A stretch of 64,000 bases of DNA from Felis catus (GCF_018350175.1 NC_058368.1:139998001-140062000), one strand, 5' to 3'. Counted from the stretch's first letter, positions 50,944 through 63,617 are shown. The notes: a model not told the origin generated them from the sequence alone. Made by a program: numbers and translations.

Positions 50944-52200
50944 TCTTTCTCTCTCTCTCTCTCAAAAATAAATAAACATTAAAAAATTAAAAAAAAGAAA
51001 TTATGTAAGAAATAAATAACTGAAAGATGTCTGGAAAATCATCAGATGTTTGAAAATTAAATAACAGATTTTTAAATAATTAATGGATCAAAGAAGATGT
51101 CACAGGGGAAGTTAGAGTGTATTTTGAATAAAGTTAAGAGGAAAGCAATACATGCCAAAATTCATGGGAGGTGAGTAAGGCACTGCTTAGAGTGAAAATA
51201 AGAGCATTAAATGCTTATGTTAGAAAAGAGAGACTAAGGAAAGGCTTTAGTAATATTCTAAGCTTTCATGTCAAAAAGCTAGAACAAAAATCCAAACCAC
51301 CCAGAAAAATGGAAATGAAAAAGATAAATAAAAACTGCAGACAATAACATCAATGAAACTAAAATCTGCTTCTTTGTGAAGATTAAAAAAATTAGTAAAC
51401 CTCCCCCTAAATTGGCGAAGAAAAAAAGGGAGAAGATACGTATTACCAAAATCAGGAATGAAAAGAGGAGATATCACTACAGACTTTACAGATATTAAAA
51501 GAATAAATTGTGAGGTCAAAGTAAAGGTTTCATATTTTTGCATATGGACAGGCACTTGTTGCAGCACTTTTTCTTAAAAAGAGCATCATTCTTCCATTGG
51601 ATTGCCTGTATATCTATGTCAAAAATCAATTATATTTATGTGGGTTAATTTCTTAACTCTCTAGTCAATTCCATGGATTTATATGGCTATCCTTTCACCA
51701 GTTCCATAGTATCTTAATTACTGTAGATTTATAGTCAGTCTTGAAATAAGGTTTTATGAATCTCCCAACTTTGTTCTCCTTTTTTGAAAAATTTTTAACT
51801 ATTCTAGGGCCTTTGCATTACCATATGAATTACAATGAAATATTACACAGTAATAAAAATGAATGAACTACTGATACACCTAAAGAAATAAGTGAATTCA
51901 AGTGTATTATTTTAAGTGAAACAGGTCAGTCTCAAAAGGTTAAATATTTTATGATTCCATATATATGACATTATGGAAAATCAAAACTGTAGAAAAAGAG
52001 ACCAGATTAGTGGTTGCCAGGGTGAGGATTTGACTACAAAGGGACAACATGAAGGAGTTTGGGGCGGGGTGCATTGATAGAACTGTTATCTTAATTGTGG
52101 TCATAGGTACATGATTCTACCCATTTGTGAGAACTGAAGGAGCTATATAATGAAATGAGAGAAATTTCCTGTATTTTAATTAATAATAAAAGTAAAAAAT
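49260..52200 (+). mobile_element. Ancient fragmented L1 (5' region, ORF1/ORF2 pieces, inverted piece 51509-51831, 3' end)
   Basis: EDLNKTINPLDIIDIYRNF in ORF 50422-50619; aatcaggaatgaaaagaggagatatcactacaga; 3'UTR 51832-52200; left boundary uncertain. Confidence 0.8.
50735..50993 (+). mobile_element. Can-SINE
   Basis: TSD aaagaaattat(a/g)taaga at 50718-50734 and 50994-51010. Confidence 0.96.
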
Positions 52201-53003
52201 AGTGTTTATTACTAATATTTTATCTTTGCATATATTGCTCCCAAACCGAAAGATCCAAGTATGAAAATCTGTCTGGCTGGGTCTGGCTGTGACCATGTCT
52301 TAATTTTCAGGGATGAGGAGAGGTAGTCTTGCGTAGCTCTTGACTTCTTTAATTGGACTCCTACAAAGTTTTGTACAATTAGGAATTTCCAAAAGTAGGG
52401 AGAATTTGGAGGGGCCAGTGAGAATAAAGATAGATGTCCATTAGAACATCTTCATCAGTGCAGAGCATGAGGATTAGGAGTTGTGTCTTCATCCAACTAA
52501 CTTAATCCCTTTGGGAATGGTGCTGAGGAAGAGCAAAGGCCCCAAATTTTGCCTTTGGAGTGAATACTCATTTCATATTCTTTTTTATCTCACTTTTGTT
52601 TTATTTTTTGAGTCCCAATTTAGAACCCACTCTCTACTACCTATTTTCCCCACCTTCTGTCTTGGAAAACTCTACCCCTTTCTACATTAGGGAGGCTTCA
52701 TAGTCCTAAAACTCCTTGTGTTGTAAAGTGTCTGGTGCTGAAGACTCTAAATACTGAAAGATTTCTTCTACTCATGCTTTGCTGGGTATGAATGCAGACA
52801 AAGACATGTACTTTGGTCTGTAGAGTGTCCTAATTCCTAGTTCCACCAGTAGCAGCCATAGCTCATTTCCTTCTGAGTTACCCAGGGGCAAAGTGTATCT
52901 GACTACAGCAAATACATTTTTTTTCGAGTGACTGAAACATCCTTTCTCACATGAGAAAGGTATAACCCCTTATTAACATTTTTTTTTAAAACTTCTCCTT
53001 ACA

Positions 53004-53236
53004 GGGGCGCCTGGGTGGCTCAGTCGGTTAAGCGTCCGACTTCAGCTCAGGTCACGATCTCGCGGTCCGCGAGTTCGAGCCCCACGTCGGGCTCTGGGCT
53101 GGTGGCTCAGAGCCTGGAGCTTGCTTCTGATTCTGTGTCTCCTTCTCTCTCTGCCCCTCCCCCGTTCATGCTGTGTCTCTCTCTGTCTCAAAAATAAATG
53201 TTAAAAAAAAAAAATTAAAAAAAAAAAAAAAAAAAA
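53004..53236 (+). mobile_element. Can-SINE, young, with long A tail
   Basis: TSD aaaacttctccttaca at 52988-53003 and 53237-53252. Confidence 0.97.
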
Positions 53237-53814
53237 AAAACTTCTCCTTACAAAATAATCACCTTGGGCATTACTGAGCTAAGTAACACTTGTCTTCTCC
53301 TTTATCTTGCTTTTATTAAAAGGGCCCCCAAATTATGTTTTTTGTGTTTTCCAAGCTTTTAGCAAGGGTAGTGGTCTTATTCCACCCCATAACATGTCAG
53401 TGAAAACTATTAATTAACAATAACTTGCACATTTATATAATGGTCAGTTACAGAAGCATATTTTTATAGGAGCATCATCAGGAATTCCCTCTTCAAAACA
53501 GCCCTCCCAGAGACCTCTTCAATCAAATGGCTTTATCCTGTACCTTCACAGCAGCCTTTATATACATCTATTTCATCACTAACTATGTTATATCAGATTC
53601 TCTCTTTATGTTTTATCTCCCTCACTAGATTGGCAGCATATGTAGGGCAGAGTGTATCATATTCATGAGTTTCTAAAGTGTGTTCAATAAGCTGTTACTA
53701 CGTATTATGCTTTAAAATACGGTTTTATAGATACATATGATTCGGAATGATGATTAAACAGGTTTATCTGTTTAAGATAAGATTTTAAACATTCAAGATC
53801 TCTCAGAAACATTC

Positions 53815-54790
53815 ATATATTTATTTATTCAACAAGTGTTTATTGAGAACCCACTGTGCCAACTACCATCCTGGACCTTAGGAGAATTCCACTGGAAGGC
53901 CTAAAAATAGGCTGTAATACATCCTAAGAATAGGATGTAGGACAGCTTACATCCTTGTAGGGAAACACATAATAAATGCATAAATGGAGATATGATATGC
54001 TGAGTGGTGATAAGTGCCATAAGGATAAACAAAGTGAGGTAAGAAAATACAGAGTGACAGTCTGTGGTGGGGAGGTCAGGGGGAAGATTATATAGGATGG
54101 TGGTCATGGAAACCATGGTGGTCTTATTAAGCCTTCTTTAATAAGGTGACATTTTTGTAGAAACCTGAAAGAAGTGAGGAGGTGAGCAATGCAGATATCT
54201 GGAGAAGGAATATTTAAGGGAAGAGTAAATATAAAAGCTGATATGAGTATGCCTGGTGTATTCCAGAAATGGTGAAGAAGCCGGTACTACAGGAGTGGAT
54301 TAATCTAAGAGGAGAGTGATAGGAAAGGAGATAAAAGAGATGGGGTAGAGATAGGAAGAAGGCTGGGGGAGCAGAAAAACAGACCATCTGTGGTAGATCA
54401 TATGAAGGTCATCATTGGAACTTTGGCTTTTATGTTGAGTTAGATAGCAACACATTGGTGGTGCATGGACAGAGGAGTGACATAACTTGGGTTGCTATGT
54501 TGACAGCAGACTGAAGGGGAGAAGGGCAAAAGTAGGGGAACAAGTTAGGAGGCTGGTTTAACAGTTTAGAAGAGAGTTGGTGGTGACTTGAACCAAAGTG
54601 ATGGTGGTGGTGATGGCAAGAGGGTGACAAATTTATTTTTAATTAGACCCAGCAGGATTTCTGGATGGATTGGAGATGGTTGTAAGAGAAAGGGGAAGTC
54701 AAGGATGAGTCTAAGGATTTTATTTAGCTTAAGCAACTGGGAGAATAATGGTTCCATTTACCACTGAATTGGGGGAAAGAAGGGGAGATA
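53815..54790 (-). mobile_element. L2 (L2a-like) relic, about 1 kb
   Basis: ttattcaacaagtgtttattgag..gaaacctgaaagaagtgagg..cagaggagtgacat..caagttaggaggct..gtcaaggatgagtctaagg. Confidence 0.85.
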
Positions 54791-54817
54791 AGAATTGTGG
54801 GAGAAAGACCTGTATCT

Positions 54818-55021
54818 TTTTTTAAAAAAATAATAATTTTTTAAAATGTTTATTTAGTTTTGAGAGAGAGAGCAGTGGAGGGGCAGAGAGAGAGGGGGAC
54901 AGAGGATCTGAAGCATGTTCCCACAGCAAAGAGCCTGATGCAGGGGCTCGAACTCACAAACTGTGAGATCATGACCTGAGCCAAAGTCAGATGCTTAACC
55001 AGCTGAGCCACCCAGTTGCCC
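54818..55021 (-). mobile_element. Can-SINE
   Basis: gagatcatgacctgagccaaagtcagatgcttaacc..gagccacccag. Confidence 0.94.
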
Positions 55022-55230
55022 TGAAAAGCCTGTCTTGATGAAACCACCTAGGCTCTGGGGCACCACTAACGTGTTTATATGCATGGTGGATATCTAAGAG
55101 GGAATATAGTAGGCTGCACTTCTTAAATTTATTCCATTATAGAACCTGTGTTTTATCTTATGGATCTAGTGTTTCATGGCACATACCCTGGAAGTAAACA
55201 TAATTGAACTTAGTTAAACAGCTGATGGTA

Positions 55231-55396
55231 GGGGTGCCTGGGTGGCTCAGTCGGTTGAGCGTCCAACTTCAGCTCAGGTCATGGTCTTGCGGTCTGTGAG
55301 TTTGAGCCCCCCGTCAGGCTCTGTGCTGACAGCTCGGAGCCTGGAGCCTGCTTTGGATTCTGTGTCTCCCTCTCTCTCTGCCCCTCCCCTGCTTAT

Positions 55397-55440
<44 letters not shown>

Positions 55441-55473
55441 AAAAAGAAATAAACATTAAAAAATTAAAAAAAA
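55231..55473 (+). mobile_element. Can-SINE
   Basis: GGGGTGCCTGGGTGGCTCAGTCGG head, (CT)n, A tail; flanks ..gatggta. Confidence 0.96.
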
Positions 55474-55619
55474 ACCAGAAGATGGTATAAAGAGAACACT
55501 TTTAAGGAATATGCCATCACCAGTGAGTTTAATAATTACCAATATTCAAATATGCTATGGTTTCCAGAAAGACTCTGTGAGGAGGAGAAGAAAGTTGCTT
55601 CCCACTTTGATAAATTATA

Positions 55620-56117
55620 AAATGATAAATATTACAAAGTAATATGACTAACTTTTAGCAAAGATACGAGAACTTCTACATTCAAAAGAATACTACCTCT
55701 TTTGAAGTAGTCCCTTCAAGATGGTTACTTTTTCTAACGATATTATAATTGTTCAAAAATATATTTGGAAATCACACTTGGAGTATCCCTCATAGACATA
55801 GTATTTTGAGAATCCTTAGAGATGGCAAAATGTCTTTTGAGGCTGAATTTTAATTTCTAAAGCTGCCAAAAGTCATTCAGAGTCAAGCCAGATATAAATG
55901 GATGAATAAATTGAGAAATATTTGACTGTTAAATGTGAGTTGGGTCTGTAAGATTGAATTTCCCAATGGCCTTGAGAGAGATTCTGAAGAAGGAATTCAA
56001 AAATATTTTTGAACAATGGTAATATCCCTGGAATAATTATATCTCTTCCATGGCATCTGCCTTCATTTAGGTATACAAGTTTTACTGTTGAGATCTCTAC
56101 ATTATAGTCACATGCTC
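55620..56117. mobile_element. Ancient mariner-derived non-autonomous element (MARNA-like)
   Basis: Inverted arms attgttcaaaaata.. (near 55748) and ..tatttttgaacaat (near 56004); ends ttatagtcaca. Confidence 0.7.
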
Positions 56118-56860
56118 AAAGTCAAATGAATGATTCTAATTAACTTAAAAATGAGGGGAATTGGTAAAGAGGTGAAATTAGATTCCCACCTGCTTATTCT
56201 CATCACCCATACCCTCTCTTTCCCTTTCTATTCTTGGTCTGTAGTTTTGTACACAGAAATGCCATAGGGCATTAAAACTATCTTGATTGTTGTAAACTGG
56301 GTTTGAGATCATTCCGTCCTGAGAGTCTAAATGATAGAAAGAAAAGTATAAGGATTTTTGTGGATGAGGGTAGGAAAAAAATAAGTTTGTCCCCAAGATC
56401 TATTTTAGACAAAGAAATTAATACACCAAATGGACCTGGCCTGGTGCCTGATGTTTGCTGTTTTCCAATTGGGTGCAAACATGTCTGTGAATTTTTGGTG
56501 GTGAGCCAGCTGCTCTGTACTCATTCTGGTTGATTAAAATGCTCTCTCAGTAGAGATTCTATTCAGAATTGATCACTCTGTTTTTGCTTGCTGGGAAATG
56601 GAAATTGCCATGGCTTCTTAGGTTGAATGAAAAAAATTTTCTATTACAGCAAAGATCTCTCAAATCCAAGATTTCCCAATTTTTCAAGGCTGAAAAGCCT
56701 TTATGAATTGTATCCCATATCAAACAACCCCAACCTGTGCTTCATGAGGTATGTTTCGGCCTAACCAGGAAGTAACAAAGTAGATTCCAATTAAATAAAA
56801 CTGTCTCAATCTATGGATCTACCTCACCATCTTGAGATGCTTCACACACACAAGACAAAA

Positions 56861-56992
56861 AAATATATATATATATATTTTTATTTTATATCTATATTTT
56901 TATTTTATATATATATTATATATTTTTTATATTATATGTTATATATATATACACATATATATACATATATATACATATATATACACATATAT

Positions 56993-57048
<56 letters not shown>

Positions 57049-57060
57049 CTGTATATATAT
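56861..57060. repeat. AT-rich compound microsatellite, (TATACA)n and (AT)21
   Basis: Direct reading; pure (AT)21 at 57005-57046. Confidence 0.97.
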
Positions 57061-57268
57061 CCCCATCAAGGAGAAGGCAATAATTTGTTATCACTGAAAT
57101 TGACACTCATTCTGGATATGGATATGAATTTGCCTTCCCTGATGACTATGCTTCTGCTAACAGCAATATTCATGGACTTATAAAAAATCTTTATTCACCG
57201 TTATGGTGTCCCACATAGCATTTGTTTTCACCAAGGAACTCATTTTACAGCAAAGGAAGTAAGGGCAT
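57061..57268 (+). mobile_element. ERVL integrase core remnant
   Basis: Manual translation FVITEIDTHSGYGYEFAFP..ASANSNIHGL / IHRYGVPHSICFHQGTHFTAKEV resembles ERVL IN (..GIDTYSGYGFAFP..GIPHSIASDQGTHFTAKEV). Confidence 0.88.
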
Positions 57269-57889
57269 ATAAAAGGCTAATTGTTTCCCTCAGTCAAGGA
57301 AATCTTTTCAGGTGATTGGTGAGCAGTAGTAAAATTAATAAGGAATCGTACTCCTGTAGCCCAAAGAACTCACAAGTCTTTATTATAACCTAAGGGATTC
57401 TGTAAGTATAGCAGTGAAAATGGAATAAAGATTGATATCCCTACTTGCTTTTAGTGAGACTCAAGTACAGAAAAATGAAATAACCCTGACCAAGATAATC
57501 CATCTGACATTGTTGAACTTGAATTGCTCTACTTCCTCTGACTTCTAATACACTCCTCTTCCACATTTGTCTTTTCCTTTCCTTCCCTGTCTCCCTCCCC
57601 CATTCCATCCCTCCCTCCCCCTATTTCTCCTTCATCTACCCTTAAATAGAGAGATTCTTCAGTGTTCCATCTCCAGTTTCCCCCAAACTGATTGATTGCT
57701 TTCACAGTCATGGTTTCAAACACCTCTTATTATAAAGCCTCCTAAATTTCCAGACCTCTTTTCAAAGTTCACTTCTCCCTCCTAAGGTCAAATACTTTTC
57801 AGATGTATCTCCTTGTATATCACTGAGGCACCTCAAACTCAATATATCAAAAATATTTATATTATGTCCCCTAAAACCTATTTCTTTTC

Positions 57890-58358
57890 TTTTTTTTTTT
57901 AATTTTATTTTTTTTAATTTTTTTTATTTTAAAAAAAAATTTTTTTTTTCTACTTTTATTTATTTTTGGGACAGAGAGACACAGAGCATGAACGCGGGAG
58001 GGGCAGAGAGAGAGGGAGACACAGAATCGGAAACAGGCTCCAGGCTCTGAGCCATCAGCGCAGAGCCTGACGCGGGGCTCGAACTCACGGACCGCGAGAT
58101 CGTGACCTGGCTGAAGTCGGATGCTTAACTGACTGCGCCACCCAGGCGCCCCTTTAATTTTATTTTTTATTTTTTAAAATTTACATCCAAATTAGTTAGC
58201 ATATAGTGCAACAATGATTTTAGGAGTAGATTCCTTAGTACCCTTTACCCATTTAGCCCATCCCCCTTCCCACAACCCCTCCAGTAACCCTCAGTTTGTT
58301 CTCCATATTTATGAGTCTCTTCTATTTTGTCCCCCTCCCTGTTTTTATATTATTTTTG
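57890..58358 (-). mobile_element. Short felid L1 3' end
   Basis: aaaatttacatccaaattagttagcatatagtgcaacaatg..; TSD taaaacct(a/g)tttcttttc at 57872-57889 and 58359-58376. Confidence 0.9.
57914..58152 (-). mobile_element. Can-SINE, young SINEC_Fc-like, inside an L1 tail
   Basis: TSD tttaattttatttttt at 57898-57913 and 58153-58168. Confidence 0.97.
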
Positions 58359-58403
58359 TAAAACCTGTTTCTTTTCATGGTTCACTCTCTCAGCCTCCTC
58401 ATA

Positions 58404-59150
58404 TGTAGTGGGGCTTCAGTGCCCCACCCATGTCCCTCAACCTTACTTAATCTCATGTGCTTAAACCAACATCACACTTCCAGTGTCCGCATCCCTGTGC
58501 TTGGGTACTTTATCCAGAAACCCAGTAAGTATTTCCCTCTTGTGCTACCAGGCTAGAAATGACAGAGAATGAACAGCTTGATCCAAGGACTGATGGCAGT
58601 TGGTGTCCACATGGCTCAGCTCTCTTGTTCCTCAAATGGGACAAATCTGAGTTGTGTGTTTCATTCCATTTCCAAGATTTCTTGCTCCCCTCCCTGCCAT
58701 GGGCTTATGCTCCAGTCTTCTATGATAGAAGTTGTTTTCACAATGCATTCTTTCTTGGCTGCCTTTTCTTCTTTGTCATTACCCCACCAATCCCTTAGCA
58801 GTACCATACCCTGCACCTCCAAATAAACGATTTGCTTTTTAAAACTGAGAGAAAATTGACATATATCTTTATTAGTTATATATGGCATTTTTCTAGAACC
58901 CTGAACATGTAATAGTTTCAGGTGTGCAACATAATGATTCAATATATGTATATATTATGAAGTGATCACCACAGGAAGTCTCGCTAACATCCATCACCAC
59001 ACATAGTTACACATTTTTTTTCTTGTGATGAGTACTTTTAAGATCTCTCTTAGCAACTTTCAAATATATAATACAGTATTATTAACTATAGTCACCATGT
59101 GGTATAACTGTTTGCTTTTGAATCTGTATCTCTGTGCTTCAAAACAAGAC
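58404..59150 (+). mobile_element. ERVL LTR, LTR33-like (probable 5' LTR), interrupted by an L1 piece
   Basis: gggacaaatctgag..ttggctgccttttcttc..cacctccaaataaac..ttgc..gaatc..aagac. Confidence 0.72.
58840..59105 (-). mobile_element. L1 3'UTR fragment (L1MA-like)
   Basis: tagtttcaggtgtgcaacataatgattc..tcttagcaactttcaaatatataatacagtattattaactatagtcaccatg; imperfect TSD aac(ga/tg)tttgctttt. Confidence 0.88.
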
Positions 59151-60440
59151 TTTGATGCCACGATCCTAAGGAGCAGATTCTCAGGATGGGCCTTATTAGT
59201 GGGTCACTCACTGGATGATAAGGAACTAACTACTGGGTATAAGTGTGAGCTGGTAACCAGCCTTGGCACACTAAAACATAAAAATTATTAGTATGCTCAC
59301 GAGTGGTGAGTTGGGAGAAGATACGGTCAGAGGGGATGCACTGCCTTATGCATTCTCTCTAGCATTTGAAAGATAATGATTTTATCTACCTGTGGAGTTG
59401 CATTGATTGTTGTTAAGTGCTATTGATGTGCTAAAAGAAAAAAAAAAAACAATAGGCTAAGTTGTTCAAACACCAATTCAGGGCAAGGTATGAAAGCCAG
59501 AAAAGCAGGGTTTAAATAATCTCTTGATATGTAGCTATTAACCTGTTGATGATCTTTTCCTTAATCTGTATTGGGAGGAAGGAAGGGAGAGCATTAAGCA
59601 TTCAGATGAGTCCCTCAGGGCCATATTCACTCTTCTGCTCTGTGTCTTAATATAGGCTCAAATTGCATCTGGACATTCCAATGTGGTCTATCATATTGTT
59701 GATATATTAATTAAACCTGAGAGCAGAGTATGTCAAGTGTTCTGGTTACCCTGATAAGACATATGTCTTTGTAGGAGATAAATCCTATAAGGATTTAGGG
59801 GTCTGTCATTGATGAAGTTTCTAAGGGTCCAACAAAATGCAGCATACCCAGGCATCCCTTCCAAAGTAAAGGGCAAGTCAATATACCTTGAACTTCCTAC
59901 ACAAACAAATCACTGTATCTCACAGAGCTCTTGGTAGGCCTCTTTGGATTTGGGATTTAGGATATACCTCTCCTTGGAATTGTGCTCCAACTCATTTGTC
60001 TGATTTGGAAGCCTACCAGTTTTGAGTAGGTTCCAAAGAAAGAGAAGACTCTACAATAGGTTGAAATGACTTCTTGAGTATATCCCCTGGTGCTCCAAAT
60101 GTCCTTGGTACATTGGGTTACAGTGTGGAGTCTCTGGGAAGCCCCAGTAGGATATTTACAGCACAGACTCTTAAGGTTCTGGAAACAGGGTCATGCCATT
60201 TGCATCAGATAATTGTCCATCATTCCAAAATAAGTTCCTGGAATGCTACTGGGCCCTTGTAGAAACTAAGTAAATACATGATCATGATCATGATCAAGTA
60301 GCTATGTGATCAGAGATGTGTAGTATGAGCTGGGCACTTTCAGGCCCACTGAGGCATAAGGTCAAATGGACACAATAGAAATATGTCATATATTGAAGTG
60401 AAACATTCAAGATTGTTCCAAGTAATTGTCAGACCCCCCA
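59151..60440 (+). mobile_element. Decayed ERVL internal region (gag start; RT/RNase H remnants; ERV3-16A3-like)
   Basis: gag-like VVSWEKIRSEGDALPYAFSLAFER..LLLSAIDVLKE; RT-like PQGHIHSSALC..VYHIVDI..EINPIRI..MKFL from about 59613. Confidence 0.82.
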
Positions 60441-61734
60441 AAGCTACCTACTTTTGTTACACCAATGACTTTTCCTTACTTACTTCCCTACAAACTAAGG
60501 TGCCCTCTAATCAATCACTTATGGTAAAACAAGTGATTGGTGGCCTAGCTAGTGGGAAGCATTATTTCACACCCTGGACTCTGAGTCCAGAATCAGCATT
60601 CTCAGACATGGCATTGCGTTCCTTGTTCACTCTCCATCATTAATTGAAAAGTACCAATGTACAATCTGCATAATCTGTAAATGACTCGTGGATATCCTAC
60701 ACAATGGTTTGAGAAACACTGAGAATATCTAGATAATAAACTTTTTAAAATTCGGAAAATCTGTTTTTTAAAAACCAACAGTAATTTTCTGAATTCAAAC
60801 CTTAACCAGTGTATCCATTGCACTGAACAAGAGTCAATATACTGAATACAGTGTAGTCATAAAGCAATTTTATTCCTTTGGTCAAACCCAGGTGGTGGTA
60901 GGTTGCTTCTTTCTCTCCCGTGGACACAATTTCTGGTAGACACAGAACCTTTTCCACTTGCATGTAGATGATGAGTCTTCTGGTTATTCTTGGTCACACA
61001 CACATACATACATGCATGCAAAGCAGTTAAATTTCAGGAATTTGAAAATCTACTCTTGTGTAATGATTAAAACTCTAAACTGAACTTGAAGTTAAAGCTT
61101 CTTTTCTCCGATAGTTTGGGCTTGCAATTGGAAAGGTGGCTGAGATGGCTTCTCTGTATCATGATTTGAAACTATCCTTCCCCAGGTCCTGTGTGAGAGT
61201 TGTTCAGGGAGGGTGAGGGTAGGGAAGGACTTCTGTCCTGGGACTGTTGTGGTCTGAAGTGGCACTCTGGGTTTGGTGAGTGTCAAAGCTGACTCTCACT
61301 GGCCTTGGTAGATCTTCAAAACTGACTCTCTTGTAATGCATTTGTGGGTTCTCTGGAGACACATCATAGTTGGCATTTTTCATCTAGAACTTCTATAAAT
61401 GTGAGGCAACTGATCTCTCCCCAAACTGCCCAGCCCCACCCTTTCACCCTCAGACTTCTGTGTCTGCTAGTTTCCTTCCATTGAGACAAACTTGCCTCCA
61501 TCAGGGAGCTTTCTTGGGCACAGCTCTCTTAAGGCAGCCTCCAGGTGGACCACAATCTGGTTCCCAGAAGACATCTTTGCATCCTTTTCTCTGACAGACT
61601 CTAGGAGTTCAGATCCTTTCCATTTGGCCACTTCGTCTTACCCTTCAGGTGAGCAGTTTCCAGTAACTGCCTCTTGCCTCTGGCCTTAGAGGTTTCTCAG
61701 GTGTCGATTTCCACTGGCCTCCTAGGCTCATGTT

Positions 61735-61980
61735 CTTTTCTTTTTTCTTTTTCTTTTTTTTTTCATCTTTTAAAGTTTATTTATTTATTTTGTGAGAGAG
61801 ACAGAGTGAGCAAGCAGGGGAGGGACAGAAAGAGGAGAGAGGGAAGCCTAAGCAGGCTTCATGCTGTCAGCTCAGAGCCTCATATGGGGCTCAAACTCGC
61901 AAACCATGAGATCATGAGCTGAGCTGAAAACAAGAGTCAGACGCTTAACCAACAACCAACTGAGCCACCCAGGCACCCTC
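61735..61980 (-). mobile_element. Can-SINE
   Basis: T tail, ccatgagatcatgagctgagctgaaa, gagccacccaggcaccc. Confidence 0.94.
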
Positions 61981-63429
61981 CCCCCCCCCCCACAGTTTTT
62001 TTTGAAGCTCCTGTCATCCTCTCCTATAGAGGTGGAGTGTTCACAACATACTAGCACTTGTCCCCAAGGAAAACCTTTTCCTGACCTCTTCACCCGTAAC
62101 CTTTTGATAATCTTAAAGTACACGTTGGAATATGAGTTTCAAAACACTTCCTTTGCACAGGTGAGCTGGCAGTTCCCTTTGGCAAATGCGGGCCAGTCTC
62201 CTCCTAATGTTTTGTTTCTGTACCTTTTGAGCACCAAAATTATAACAGAAAGAGTCCCTTGTTAATATCAGTTTTTTATTCATTCACACTTATATTCTTT
62301 TTCCAGGTGTTTCTTAAACACCTGCTCTGTGTACCATGGTAGCCACTCGTGATACAAGGATAAAGAAGACAGGGTTTCTGATCCAAAGAAGTCCAGAATT
62401 AAATTATGCTTTGAAGACAGGCATTGAAGGACCTCTTTCCTAAGTTTCTACTGTTTGGCTTGGCAGAGGCTGTTCTCAGAGGAGACCTGCTTTCTCTGTG
62501 TGCCACCTGCCCAGAATAGCCCCTTCTTTGGAGCTTCAGTCCTTTGTTCTGTGCTCTTCCTAAGGACACCCCAAATACATTCTGGAGACCATCAATTACC
62601 TCAGCACTTACCCTGTTTAACATCTCGTTGCTATTAAGTAATTAGAACTGATCATTCCTGTCTACCTAATGTGGCAGTTTTCACCTCTCTTCATCCTTAG
62701 GGATGGGGAGCATGACAACAGTACTTTTAGAATGCTCCCCAAGTGATTCTACAACAGAGCTAGGGTCAGGGCTTATCAGTGAAACACACATCCTTCTAAT
62801 CAAACTGCTGCTCAAGGAATTTAATCTATCTTCTATGATCACTGGGAGAAATATCAATTATGTAAATCCATAGAGATGATATAATATAATATACATTTCA
62901 GACATTACTTCATTGTTACTTGTGGGGTCCACTGCTCATGTCCTCACTTTAATGTATCTTCTGTCAGTCTAAAGATAGAAATACCTGATTCTGCAAATGT
63001 CCTTCTTTCCTATAGAGGGAAGAAGAAATATAAGACCAGTCCTATTCACAAAGAAATGAGAAATTGCACTAAAAATCAATACCACCCTTTTAAAGACCTG
63101 GAGCATCATTATTGCTTTCTCAGACAAAATTAGCAGTAATGCTTCTTCATTAAATTTTTATTGCCAAGTGAATTTGCTGAAAGAACTTTGTGGTGAAAAA
63201 TTATATTCAAGTTTAGAATATGAAACTTGCTTAAGAGTAGCATCATAGGATTATAGAATCTTTTTGCTAGCATGCTTGCTCATAATTCTAAATTCTCCTG
63301 ATGCTATTTTCATATGATCTTGAAGGTCAATCAAGTATCAACAAACTCAGAACTCATGAATGTTTTCTACAATCATGTTAAGTCAAATGCCTGATGCTGC
63401 CCATTGCTCTGCTCTTTTATGGCTTTTTA

Positions 63430-63617
63430 AAAAAATTTATTTCATTATTTTTGAGAGAGAGGGAACCAGGGGGGAGATGCAGAGAGAGAAGAGGACAAAG
63501 GATGTGAAGTGGGCTCTGCAATCAGTGAGACCGATGCAGGGCTTGAACTCATAAACCATGAAATCATGACCTGAGCCAAAGTCAGATGCTCAACCAACTG
63601 AGCCACCCAGGCTCCCC
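63430..63617 (-). mobile_element. Can-SINE
   Basis: TSD ttatggctt(t/c)tta at 63417-63429 and 63618-63630. Confidence 0.94.

Noticed and set aside
56813..57097. Tyr/Ile-rich ORFs
   Set aside because: Read-through of the (TA)n microsatellite.
60278..60297. (CATGAT)n palindromic repeat
   Set aside because: Three-unit slippage product inside decayed ERVL sequence.
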